Counted from the first letter of the stretch, positions 23,793-35,522 are shown. The stretch: 46,733 bases of DNA from Octopus bimaculoides (GCF_001194135.2 NC_068982.1:87986452-88033184), one strand, 5' to 3'. Numbers and translations: made by a program. Notes: generated from the letters alone by a model not told the origin.

Positions 23793-24021
23793 TATATATT
23801 AGAAAAAATAATAAGGTACTCAGATATCTGGATGGTTGTACATTTACAGAGTTTTATTAATATGTCACATGTTTTTATTCTTGTAGATTCTCCAGATCTG
23901 GAGAATCTACAAGAAGAGATGCAAACCACTAATTTATAAAAGCATGTGACATATTAATAAAAAATTGTAAATGTACAACCATCCAGATATCTGAGTACCT
24001 TAGTATTTTTTCTAATATATA
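23793..24021. repeat. Nested foldback: 86-bp outer inverted arms plus a 36-bp perfect inner palindrome
   Basis: Arms 23793-23878 and 23936-24021 differ at 5 of 86 positions by manual alignment. 23879-23914 is TCTTGTAGATTCTCCAGA|TCTGGAGAATCTACAAGA. Confidence 0.95.
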
Positions 24022-24285
24022 TATATACATGCGTGTGTGCCTCGAAGCATGCCTAAATGTGACGGAACTCTTTTATAGATATTACTTATTTTAGAGTATT
24101 AATTTCATATATGACTTTCACTGAATACCTTACATTGATCACTCACCATATCTGTAACCTTCAAGAGTAAAGAAAGGTGAGAAATTAGGGAACCTTCTAC
24201 TGAAAAAAAAGCAACCTTTCAAGGGACGTGAGAAACGAATAATACAACGATTTTATATTCACGAAGTAAGTTGAATAGACTTCAG

Positions 24286-24355
24286 TTTTATCCGACACCA
24301 TTATTGAGAAGGATACGTCTTCGACTGTTGGGCAAGACGGTACTGTTATCATGTG
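24286..24355 (+). CDS. Weak candidate exon (xLSDTIIEKDTSSTVGQDGTVIM[W/C] or FYPTPLLRRIRLRLLGKTVLLSC)
   Basis: cttcag acceptor (poor pyrimidine tract), strong GTG/gtaaga donor at 24356; two frames are open. Confidence 0.2.
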
Positions 24356-24977
24356 GTAAGACGATTTTTCTGATCATCTGATGATACTTCACCTTATAGA
24401 AGAAAAACATCAACTGCATGAAGGGTAATTTCTCTGGTGAAAACAAGAATGTCCGATAGTTTGCAAAAGTGCAACTAAGTGGTGTAAAGCGTATTTAATG
24501 TAATACATATGTATCTAGGAGAAAATGCTGATTACCAGGAGAGAAACAGAAAGAGGATGAAGAAAGGAGAGGAAAAAGTGCTAGAGTGAAAAGAGAGAAA
24601 AAGCAAACATATTTAATTGAGTATATAAAATTTTAGGCTTCGTTTAGATTGATGTTAGTCCCTAGTTTGTCACTGACAAGGGCCTGATTAGCATTTACTG
24701 ACTACTGTTTTTTGTTGCCTTTATTAACCCAAAACCAATCCACATCACAAAATCAGCGATAAAGGAGTTTCATTCGTAATTATCAAGTTTCATTGAACAC
24801 CAGATTTTATATTATCCACTGTATCCGAATTTAGTTAAGAAAGTATACAAATCGATGATGATTTGGCTGTTATTTTTAGCAAGCTGAACGACTGCGTGGC
24901 TTAGGCTTTGCCTCATAAAATTACTTGGTTAATTATTTTGTCAATAAACTAAAAGAGTGGTATATAACCGAATATCC

Positions 24978-25280
24978 TTTCAGACATTCCCAGATTGAAG
25001 AGAACGATGCAGTTGATGTTTATTTTGAACTTCCGAAAGTCGATATTGGAGATTAAAAAAAAATAACGTACGCAGAATAGATTTCGCTTCATGGCATTGA
25101 AGATCTGAGAAAGAAGTACGGAATGGAAACAAATATGTAATATAATAGGAAATATGATAGATAAATCAAATGATATTGAATGGATGTATTAGACACATTG
25201 TTATTTTGGGTGAGTAGAAACAAATGTAGTAACAATAGAAGTGCAGAGAGACGTACAGAGAGCTCCAAGAGTTAAAGCTT
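24978..25280 (+). mobile_element. Highly decayed LINE RT fragment (possible CR1-type)
   Basis: EENDAVDVYFELPKVD resembles the RT 'VDVIYLDFxKAFD' region; downstream similarity is faint. Confidence 0.3.
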
Positions 25281-25586
25281 GTTTTCGAACATTTTAATAT
25301 GACTTTGTAAGCAATCTTTTAATATTTGGTGCTGTTATGCCTTTTCAAAGTTGAATTATTTCATAAATATTGTTATCTTATTATGTATCTGCTGATATAT
25401 CAATATAATTAGATATGAAGCATTTCTAGTCTTAGTGTTTTTGGTGTGAATTTTGATGTGACTTGTGTTGCGTGAGGATCGCACTTCATGCAAAAGATCA
25501 CAGTGAGCTGGAATTGATACTTTTCACTGTACACGAAGTTTATACGGTGAAATGTTTGGCAAGATAACTAACTGAACTCTGTAGTA

Positions 25587-25589
<3 letters not shown>

Positions 25590-25631
<42 letters not shown>

Positions 25632-25680
25632 GGGGAAGAGGAGAGAGGGAAAGGAAAGATGGGGAAAAGAGGAGAGAAAT
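25590..25680. repeat. (GA)n microsatellite and purine-rich tract
   Basis: Directly visible. Confidence 0.9.
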
Positions 25681-26068
25681 GTAGAGATGAGAGCTTGCTG
25701 GCTAGCTCGATAGATGCGTTTTACTTTCCCGTGAGTATGTAGGAATATTTCATTTATTTTCTTAAGTATTTCCTGTTGATGACGGGAGAGCCTTTGGGAA
25801 GATCTAGAAATTAGCTGATACAGGAATATCTATTTTATTAATAATTCCCGTTGGCTTCGTGCGTCGAATTCAGCACACTTATTATTGAGTGGTGAAACGA
25901 TTTAGCGTCTATTTTTCAGCATAGAGGCTAGAAAATTTCTTTTGTAAGCCCTTATTATAATTATACATATTATTTCACCTTAACCGGTTCCCTTTTTAAT
26001 ATGCTGGCCACTAATAAAATTTAGTTCGTTAAAGTTTTATATTCTACTATATGTATATATATATATAC

Positions 26069-26130
<62 letters not shown>

Positions 26131-26133
<3 letters not shown>

Positions 26134-26484
26134 CAGTTAAAAGTTACAGAACAAAAAAAACGAACGAAGGCAGGTGTATGAGCAACTTCAACTCACAGCA
26201 TTCAATTATTAAACATTCAGAGTTGGAATGAATAAATAAAATTGAACATTAAGTATTTATGGAATTTTGATTTACTGTCGGGTGACTTTTGGCCATTTGG
26301 CGATTTTCGTCCTACGTCTTCCTCTTCAATTGGCCTTTCCTCTGTTTCTGAAGAAGAGCTCTGCTTGAAACGTTAAACCATATTTCTTTCCTCCTCTGAG
26401 CGTCTGCTAATACTTTACATGTACCACATACACGCATTGTTGTTTTTTGTGTTTGTTCTTCGTTTTTTTAATTTACTATATATA
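26131..26484. mobile_element. Back-to-back PLE-type 3' ends (short minus end at 26131-26190, plus-strand end at ~26270-26484)
   Basis: 26150-26190 resembles 4860-4900 (..CGAAGGCAGGTGTATGAGCAAC vs ..CGAAGACAGGTATATAAACAAC). The plus-strand part carries a hammerhead motif and a T-rich tail running into (TA)n. Confidence 0.6.
26344..26378 (+). ncRNA. Minimal type I hammerhead ribozyme motif
   Basis: Stem I GTTT(26344-47)/AAAC(26375-78); core CTGAAGA(26348-54); extra A; stem II GAGC/GCTT with TCT loop; GAAA(26367-70); palindromic helix III ACGT(26370-73); cleavage triplet GUU. Confidence 0.7.
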
Positions 26485-29143
26485 NNNNNNNNNNNNNNNN
26501 NNNNNNNNNNNNNNNNNNNNNNNNNNNNNNNNNNNNNNNNNNNNNNNNNNNNNNNNNNNNNNNNNNNNNNNNNNNNNNNNNNNNNNNNNNNNNNNNNNNN
26601 NNNNNNNNNNNNNNNNNNNNNNNNNNNNNNNNNNNNNNNNNNNNNNNNNNNNNNNNNNNNNNNNNNNNNNNNNNNNNNNNNNNNNNNNNNNNNNNNNNNN
26701 NNNNNNNNNNNNNNNNNNNNNNNNNNNNNNNNNNNNNNNNNNNNNAAGAGAGAGAGAAAAGAAGACAGAGAAAGAGAGACTGAGAGAGAATGAAAGGAAC
26801 AAAGACAGAATTAGATCACCATCACTGCTCTGAAACTATTTAATAGAAAGCCTCTGATTCCTAATTTAAATGTCATATGTAACTGTCAGTGTTGATAGAA
26901 GTTTATTCTCCACATTAATCAGAATGTAAAACTTTGATTTCGACTTCACTTTTGTTGAAAAGAAAATGTCACCGTATTATACTAGATGGTATATATTTAT
27001 AAATACTGAATTACTAGTTGCTGCGTAATGATAGAAATTCAAATGCTTAAGGTGTAAATTGCTTGCAATTGTCTTAATTTTTCTTCACTGGAGAAAATAT
27101 TAAATTCTTTGTTTATGATGGTGCATGCTTAAGTAAGCAATATCTATTTTCACTATGACTTTTGAGGAAAGTGAAAGAAGAACGATGTAATATATTAGGC
27201 TAAACCTAAGGTCTTAAGTGTTATTCGTTAATAAGGGGAAAACAAAACTGAAAGTTGAGAATATGATTTCATTAGACGGGAGCGTATTTGTAAAAAAGCA
27301 TTGTTTAACTATTTAAAAAAAATAATTACTATCGATTATGCATTAGATTACTTGTCTCTCTCTCTGTACAAAAATAATATTAAAATACTGTGAATGATTC
27401 TGCCCGCCATGACTCTACAGTATGAAAGTCAATGGTGAGAAGAACAAAATATAAAATGAATTAGAATGTCGTCTATGAATACTAACTTATTTTGATGTAA
27501 AAGATTATTAAACTTTAACAAGAGTATATGTAATAGATTAAATACCTCGTTACTGGTTATATAACAAAGAATTAGAAGGCAAAGATGCTCCATTTAGTCC
27601 AGCTCTCCAATTTCGCAGCTTTCTACTCGTTATAATGGAGTAATAACAGTAATGGCCAGTTTTAGTGACATCCGTGGTGTCATTAAAATTCCTTTTAAAC
27701 CTTATTTGATTTGCTTTTCGTCATAATTATTTTTCGGTCGTTGGGGTACCTCAGAAAAAAGGTTATTTTTTCTAATGGCTCAGAATTTGGTTGAATACAT
27801 ATTATATGAGGCAAAACTATATTGTTAAAAAGAAAGGTATGGGAGAAGTTTTCGGTAATGAAACTTAATTAGCAAATAATTCATCAAGTTTTTCACTTAA
27901 TGCCGTCACCATAGAACTAAGTCTTAAACTATTCATCAATGTATTCACAATTTAGAAAATTATACGACGTTTTACAAAGAAAAAGAATTTACAATTTTGA
28001 TTCGACGAGTTATAAGAATCAACCGAAGTCAGTACAAGACACTAATGATCTAAGCTTCAAGCATATGTTTTAGCAAAGTTCAAAAATAGTTTAGTAATTT
28101 GTGTCGATAAATCAATTACTGTTACCGAGATAATCAGTTATGTTACTAATAGATAGTTCCATCATATAGTTGAAGTTTAGGTTGCAATCACGATAGTGAT
28201 AAAATGGAGGCAAATGATTTGTACATAGATAAAACAGTGGTATATAGCAGTTATGTTTCTGTAGAAAACTTCGTTAAATAATATAGTTATATATTCGAAG
28301 CAGAGATAGTAACAAATTTTGATCAAAGACAAAACAAATGATCCGTGAGTTGAGAGCCCAATACTTATCCATTCGGCCATTTATATCTCTACCCCTTCCC
28401 CCGCAAAAACAGAAGCAAAACGCTCATAGAAAAATGATTATATTATGTATGCTTTCTGATGGCAAAACAACGAAGATCTGGCAGTTATTTTTTGCAGCAG
28501 GCGTCAGCTACAAACAAAATTCAGTATCACAGGGGGATTTATACATTCGGAGGACAGTAAAGCCTATAACAATCAATAACCAACTAGTTTAATCTTCTTT
28601 GATATATTTTAATGCAGGCGAAAATCCGTGTGCATATTAGTTGAATATACCTTTAGATGTTTTCTCTTTTAATGTTTTTCTAGATAAAACAATGAATTCT
28701 ATATTATTTAAATTCATTTTCCTGTTGGGATAAGAAATCGGTTCTTCCTAATATGCAGCAGAATACTTCTGTACACGTAGAGGCACATTTCTTTTTCACA
28801 TTATGTTACAAGATCAAGTGTTATGCACTGACTACGCAGACTCTTATCATTTTTGAGCACTTTAACACAAATGTAATTTACTCCAGAATGTTTTATATGT
28901 GTCTGAAAGAATAACAGAGTGATTGAATTGTATAAATACCACTGAGCTGCAAGGAAGTACTGCTTGCGGGAATTGATCATACATTAAGTTCTTCCACAAG
29001 GAGATGGTCTTTAGATTGGAGTAAGACTGAGGAAAAAATATAGGCTGAGGATTGCTTCGACCGTGTCAGAATAAAGCGACAATTTCAGATTACAAAAAAA
29101 AAAGACAAAAAGAAAGAAAAAGCAGCAGTAACGATAAAATAGT

Positions 29144-29175
29144 CAGGCGTGGCTGTGTGGTATCTTGCTTACCAA
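29144..29175 (+). mobile_element. SINE family A, 5' head, split by an insertion
   Basis: CAGGCGTGGCTGTGTGGTATCTTGCTTACCAA matches the head at 11464-11502; the SINE resumes at ~31291. Confidence 0.75.
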
Positions 29176-31285
29176 GTTTGTGTTTGAAGTCCCAGGTATA
29201 GTGTCTGTGGCTGGCTGCTGGTGGGCGTTTCTATGAAATAATCAAGTTCAGCAAGCAGAACCCATTTAAGGATTTTTTTCTCACTTCGGTCGCTGGATTA
29301 CGTGTTTATTTGACTGCAACGGAATACCAGTTCAAGCCAGGGCTGGAGTACGGCGTAGCCTATTTTGTTCCTGCCGAGGATTCTGTGTTTTTCCCTTGTT
29401 TTTCTCTTCTTGTTTTTGAACTGTTTCTCTTTCGTTTATTGAACCTATTTCTTTTTTCTGAACTGTCATTATTTTAAGACTTTTGTGAACAATTATTTCT
29501 TACTAGAAATTTTAGTTATGATAGGAAAAAAGTTAAAAGAGAAGACTACTGCTTTGGAGTGGGAGATTGTCCCACCCAAGCAGGTACTACGGACCTATTC
29601 GAGGTCGCGTGACGCCATCGCCCTCTTCGAGAGGGATATTATCGATAAAGAGCTGGCAAAATGTTTGCAAGCTAAAAATTAATTTGTGTCCATGGGTGTC
29701 AAATATGCAACGGTGTGGTTGCTTTTTGACACCCCTGAAGAAGTTTGCATTGCTGCAAGTCAGTCCCTAGAAAGGGAATTAATATTGTTCCTTCCCACAT
29801 ATTGTAGGAGGAAGGTGATAAGAGCTTGGGTATGTGGTCTCTCCTCGGGCACCGAAGCGGGGTAGATTGGAGATACTATCCGGCACGGTTTGGGGGATAG
29901 CAGACCCAGGCTCTCAAATGTAAAAGTGACGCCGGCAACCGATTGGCAAGGGTCAAAAGCGATTTTGACCCTGTGGAGCCCATCGGCCGCGGCCGAAATA
30001 GTCTTTCCAGACTTTTTTAAAATGGCTGGCTGCAAGTTTCCAGTGATACTTGAAGGACGCCCTCCAAGTGTCACTCGTTTCTGGAGCCAGGCCATATTAA
30101 AAAGAACTGCCCCCAGGACCATGGTAAGGTCCTGGAACAGTCACTAGAAGCTACCTCCCCTACCCGGTCAAAGGGAGAGGTGGATGTGGTTGAGGCGGCT
30201 TCAGCATCCTCAGCCCAAAAAGGATTAAAAAGGAAGAAAGCGGNNNNNNNNNNNNNNNNNNNNNNNNNNNNNNNNNNNNNNNNNNNNNNNNNNNNNNNNN
30301 NNNNNNNNNNNNNNNNNNNNNNNNNNNNNNNNNNNNNNNNNNNNNNNNNNNNNNNNNNNNNNNNNNNNNNNNNNNNNNNNNNNNNNNNNNNNNNNNNNNN
30401 NNNNNNNNNNNNNNNNNNNNNNNNNNNNNNNNNNNNNNNNNNNNNNNNNNNNNNNNNNNNNNNNNNNNNNNNNNNNNNNNNNNNNNNNNNNNNNNNNNNN
30501 NNNNNNNNNNNNNNNNNNNNNNNNNNNNNNNNNNNNNNNNNNNNNNNAAGAAAAAAAGAAAGAAGAAGAATGGCTCATTGTTGTTTGACGATGATGTGCC
30601 GTCTGCATGTCCCGAAGTTATGCCACCTACGGTGGAAGAAACGAACCCCACCCCTGAGGATGAAGAATTACTTATCTTTTTCTATAAGGGCGGGGAGATG
30701 GAAAAAATAGTAGGAGAACATAAATAGACAGTAGATATGGCCTGCACACGGGATCCCGAATGGCCTCCGCAGATAGCTGTGGAGGTCATAAGGATGTCCG
30801 TGTGAGAAAAGCTTAGAATACTTTAAGAGGATTGTCGCATATGGCCGGTTGACCCTAAAATACATATGCCTCGTACATGAATGAGGCATGGGAAATGTCT
30901 GGGTACGGGAATTCAAGCGGCAGTGAACATAATAATATATATATTGATGAATATATCGATGAATAGGAGGTGAAAAAGCCTCGTTAAAAGGGTTTGAAAC
31001 CGCATTTTATTGCACTATTTGTAGTGGTTTAAAACCTTAATTGTGTTTTTTTTTAATTGTTAAGTAAGACGCTTTAGTGCCTCCTTTTTGTAAGAGGTTT
31101 GAAACCTAATACTGACTTTTTAAAAAGAAATTATGTTTTTGAGAAAAACCCAATCGGTGCGTGCTATGTTTCGTCTCTCATTTATTCATCTCATGTCATT
31201 TTATTTTCATTCATTAATGTGTTGTCCAGCCCGCAGCTACTCTATGTACTGCCTTTATGGCAAATAAAATGAAATAAAGAAATCT
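29176..31285 (+). mobile_element. Apparently ORF1-only non-LTR retroelement (L1/Tx1-like ORF1 with CCHC knuckle), nested in a SINE
   Basis: Bounded by the two SINE halves, with an imperfect 9-bp TSD (gcttaccaa 29167-75 / gatttccaa 31286-94). One frame from ATG 29518 to ~30066 has two stops, then a frameshifted C-HS-[F]-LEPG-H-IKKN-C at 30069-30110. An acidic/Pro-rich tail follows the gap. AATAAA at 31263 and 31273. No APE or RT motif visible. Confidence 0.75.
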
Positions 31286-31700
31286 GATTTCCAACTACAT
31301 GACTTTGGGGACAATCCCACAGCGTGTCAACTTGTGCAAGTGTCTTCTACTATAGGCTTGAGCTGACAAAAGCTTTGTGATTGGATTTGGTAGACGGAAA
31401 CTGAAAGAAGCTCGTCGTATATATATATATATANNNNNNNNNNATACATAAGTTTATATATATATGTATATATATATATTTATATGGGCGGTGTCTTTGT
31501 GCACATGTTTGTCCTCCACTGTCACCCGACAACAGATATTTGTGTGCTTATGTCCTCGTAAACTAGCGGTTCGGCAAAAGATACCGATGAAATAATTACC
31601 AGGCTTTACTGAAAAATTATGTATTCGTGCCGATAAGTGCGACTAAACTTTTTAATGCGGTTCTCCAGCATGGCTGCGGTCTAATGACGAAAACAATTAT
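31286..31700 (+). mobile_element. SINE family A, remainder (body and 3' tail)
   Basis: CCAACTACATG...GCAAGTGTCTTCTACTATAGG...GGTAGACGGAAACTGAAAGAAGC...CGGTTCGGCAAAAGA...GCGGTTCTCCAGCATGGCTGCGG. Confidence 0.85.
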
Positions 31701-31943
31701 ATGATATATTGATAAAAGATATATTTACTAGGATCTACATCGTGTGAATGTCCATTCACACTAATAGAGATACACATACAATTTCAGATAGGAGAAAACG
31801 TATTCAGTGTTCATTGTGTCTAAATGATTCTCAGTATCCATAACTAAAATAGTGTATTTCTTGATTCAGACTAGAAAGAAAGAAATACAACTTAAGAGGT
31901 AAATTTTGTAAGTGGTTTAGATAAGTGTTCGCAATTCTAGCAC

Positions 31944-32074
31944 GATTGTGAGCTAAAAAATCTAAAAAGACTGCACGGTTCTAGAATAATTGTGAGCTAA
32001 AAATGTTGAAAAAGTTTGTTCACGATTCTTGAATGATTATGAGTAAAAAACTAAAACAGATTGTGAGCTAAAAA
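31944..32074. repeat. Four dispersed copies of ~GATTGTGAGCTAAAAA
   Basis: Copies at 31944, 31989, 32035 (degenerate) and 32059, irregularly spaced; could be subterminal repeats of a DNA element. Confidence 0.7.
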
Positions 32075-32982
32075 AAAATCACGCCCGCTATCATACGAGA
32101 GAAAAGGAATATTCTACATAAAACTTCCAATTTCAAATATTCGGCAGGTCTTAAAAAATGATTGCACATACATGCTCATTAAATAATTTGTTAGTTTTAT
32201 ACTTTCAAGTGGATAAGAGCATAAACTTGAGGTTATGTAATCATATAAACTTGTAATTACAAGTATATGTAATTTTATGCATATGAATAGATTTCCATTG
32301 TTTTCGAAATTGCACACCTTCCGCAAATTATATTTATTGATTTCATTAAAAACGAATATAATAATTTAGTGAGTTTTTGGAATCGCTACAATAGAATCTT
32401 TTGTTAAAACTATTTAAGTATTCAGGTTTAACATGAGTGCATCTTTCAAATTTGTTTTTCATGAAATTACATTCCAATTTACAACAACGGCTGCACGTCT
32501 GAGAGACTAATGTATGTATACACACGCATACACATGTACACATGTACACTTACACATGCACATACACAGGCACACACATATACACGTATAATTTTATACC
32601 TTTTAATACTGCTAATCGAGAAAAAGTTACAAAAGTGACCCGAGGACTGACAGTTTCGTGCAGAGCGCGATAAGTACCAAGCACAAAACCTTTGGTCTTT
32701 GTGTCATTTTTGCAGCTTACCACCAATTAAAATTAATAAAGAGATATATATGTATGTATACTAATGTATTGTGCTTCTATTTCCTCTGTTTGTTCTATCA
32801 AACTTACAAACACATGCGCGCGCACACGTACACACTGACATTACATGAAATATGGGTATGTGTTTCAGAAGCCCACTTTGCATCTACGTGGATTCAGGTT
32901 TAATGTTTTCTGTTACGGCAATGAGTCTACCAATGCTTGTGAATGAACTTGATAGATGGATAGCAATAGGGTTAGTCCTGTC

Positions 32983-33014
<32 letters not shown>

Positions 33015-33559
33015 NNNNNNNNNNNNNNNNNNNNNNNNNNNNNNNNNNNNNNNNNNNNNNNNNNNNNNNNNNNNNNNNNNNNNNNNNNNNNNNNNNNNNN
33101 NNNNNNNNNNNNNNNNNNNNNNNNNNNNNNNNNNNNNNNNNNNNNNNNNNNNNNNNNNNNNNNNNNNNNNNNNNNNNNNNNNNNNNNNNNNNNNNNNNNN
33201 NNNNNNNNNNNNNNNNNNNNNNNNNNNNNNNNNNNNNNNNNNNNNNNNNNNNNNNNNNNNNNNNNNNNNNNNNNNNNNNNNNNNNNNNNNNNNNNNNNNN
33301 NNNNNNNNNNNNNNNNNNNNNNNNNNNNNNNNNNNNNNNNNNNNNNNNNNNNNNNNNNNNNNNNNNNNNNNNNNNNNNNNNNNNNNNNNNNNNNNNNNNN
33401 NNNNNNNNNNNNNNNNNNNNNNNNNNNNNNNNNNNNNNNNNNNNNNNNNNNNNNNNNNNNNNNNNNNNNNNNNNNNNNNNNNNNNNNNNNNNNNNNNNNN
33501 NNNNNNNNNNNNNNNNNNNNNNNNNNNNNNNNNNNNNNNNNNNNNNNNNATATATATAC

Positions 33560-33606
<47 letters not shown>

Positions 33607-33611
33607 CATAC

Positions 33612-34040
33612 AAAAATTCAAAAACTAGAGTAGTTGGGAGAAATATGTAGTGATGGGTATGTAATCGCGGATTAAAATATGTAAAGAGATCAAACTTGGT
33701 TATGCGTGTATGTTTAGAGGTGTTCTGCATTTTCGATGAATACATTTTCTTTATTTAAACGTTCTTGCAAAAAAATTGTAACTTTGCACTGGTAGAAGGG
33801 GAAAACTGTGAAATTTGGTTTGATGTTACCTACAAATTTCTCTATGTGTTCACTTAAAGGAATTTATCTGTATTGCAGGAACCGGATCTGCTCTTTATGT
33901 AGAATGGTTCTCTTTCTCAATGTCATACGTGTCTGTCCTATATTGTTCACAGTCCGAGCAGATTACATAAATTAGGTTCTCAGAGACACAAGTGAAGTTG
34001 GTTTTAATTGTGAACTTTTCTCCTTATTTGAAAAGGAAAT
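33612..34040 (-). mobile_element. Penelope-like element: inverted copy of the GIY-YIG endonuclease/3' end
   Basis: Minus: FLFK*GEKFTIKTNFTCVSENLIYVICSDCEQ-(Y)IGQTRMTLRKRTILHKEQIR...IPLSEHIEK...FTVFPFYQCK...ERLNKENVF; reverse complement of 34585-34910. Confidence 0.9.
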
Positions 34041-34910
34041 TATGATAAACAAAGTCAACAACCAAATAACTGACATCTATCATAAAGCAACGGACTCGAA
34101 ACAATATCTCTTCTTTAGCTCATGCCATCCGAACCACACCAAAATTAATATCCCCTTTGATTTGGCAAAAATGATTTGCATAATAGTGCCTGAAAAAAAC
34201 TACCCGGGACCAAAAAACAACACTAAAGACACTATCCACCTTCACTTATAGACGATGGAATTAAGCGTGCCAAGAAATTAGACATAAAAACACTAAGGAC
34301 AACAAAACATAACACCACACATCTCAAAACATTACTGTATATATCAACCCTAGAAACAATGAAGCATACAACACTATTGTGCAAAATATCCCTTTACTAA
34401 CTAAAGACCCAAAAATGAACAACATCCTGAAAAAACATAAATTTATCAAATGTAAAAAGCAACACAAATCGCTAAAGAGACTCCTAACAAATTCGAGGCT
34501 TTACACAACAACCACGAAACCAACAGTTAAAAAATGTGGACTCCCAAACTGTGGAACATTCCCCAACCTACTTGAAGGCTCGGATTTTCTTTTCAAATAA
34601 GGAGAGAGGTTCACAATTAAAACCAACTTCATTTGTGCCTCTGAGAACCTAATTATGCTCGGATTGTGGACTATATAGGACAGACACGTATGACATTGAA
34701 GCGAAGAACCACTCTACATAAAGAGCAGATCCGGTTCCCGCAATACAAATTCCTTTAAGTGAACACATAGAGAAATGTGCAGGTAACATCAAACCAAATT
34801 TCACAGTCTTTCCCTTCTACCAGTGCAAAGATAAATTTCTTTACAAGAACGTTTAAATAAAGAAATATACACGCATAATCAACTTTGATCTCTTTTCATA
34901 TTTTAATTCA
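34041..34910 (+). mobile_element. Penelope-like element: RT C-terminus/thumb + GIY-YIG endonuclease, 5'-truncated, pseudogenised
   Basis: TDIYHKATDSKQYLFFSSCHPNHTKINIPFDLAKMICIIV (PLE Y.K.T....YL...S.HP motif); KKCGLPNCGTF (Cys linker); NLI...YIGQT (GIY-YIG). Confidence 0.92.
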
Positions 34911-35491
34911 NNNNNNNNNNNNNNNNNNNNNNNNNNNNNNNNNNNNNNNNNNNNNNNNNNNNNNNNNNNNNNNNNNNNNNNNNNNNNNNNNNNNNNNNNN
35001 NNNNNNNNNNNNNNNNNNNNNNNNNNNNNNNNNNNNNNNNNNNNNNNNNNNNNNNNNNNNNNNNNNNNNNNNNNNNNNNNNNNNNNNNNNNNNNNNNNNN
35101 NNNNNNNNNNNNNNNNNNNNNNNNNNNNNNNNNNNNNNNNNNNNNNNNNNNNNNNNNNNNNNNNNNNNNNNNNNNNNNNNNNNNNNNNNNNNNNNNNNNN
35201 NNNNNNNNNNNNNNNNNNNNNNNNNNNNNNNNNNNNNNNNNNNNNNNNNNNNNNNNNNNNNNNNNNNNNNNNNNNNNNNNNNNNNNNNNNNNNNNNNNNN
35301 NNNNNNNNNNNNNNNNNNNNNNNNNNNNNNNNNNNNNNNNNNNNNNNNNNNNNNNNNNNNNNNNNNNNNNNNNNNNNNNNNNNNNNNNNNNNNNNNNNNN
35401 NNNNNNNNNNNNNNNNNNNNNNNNNNNNNNNNNNNNNNNNNNNNNNNNNNNNNNNNNNNNNNNNNNNNNNNNNNNNNNNNNNNNNNNNNNN

Positions 35492-35522
<31 letters not shown>

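Noticed and set aside
28338-28592. 84-aa ORF and an embedded ttttttgcag acceptor (frames giving GIYTFGG or GDLYIRR)
   Set aside because: All three frames are briefly open, the donor is mediocre, and there is no recognisable domain; indistinguishable from chance.
31944-32074. CRISPR-like reading of the GATTGTGAGCTAAAAA repeats (and of the 49-bp array at 20602)
   Set aside because: Eukaryotic context, irregular spacing or no unique spacers, and no cas genes.
33612-33745. Search for a hammerhead in the 3' end of the coding PLE
   Set aside because: No CUGANGA/GAAA motif seen on the minus strand here, and the plus copy runs into a gap. The link between this PLE and the hammerhead elements is therefore not shown directly.
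33881-33971. Exon-like segment after tgtattgcag (GTGSALYVEWFSFSMSYVSVLYCSQ)
   Set aside because: It is the antisense strand of the inverted PLE GIY-YIG copy.
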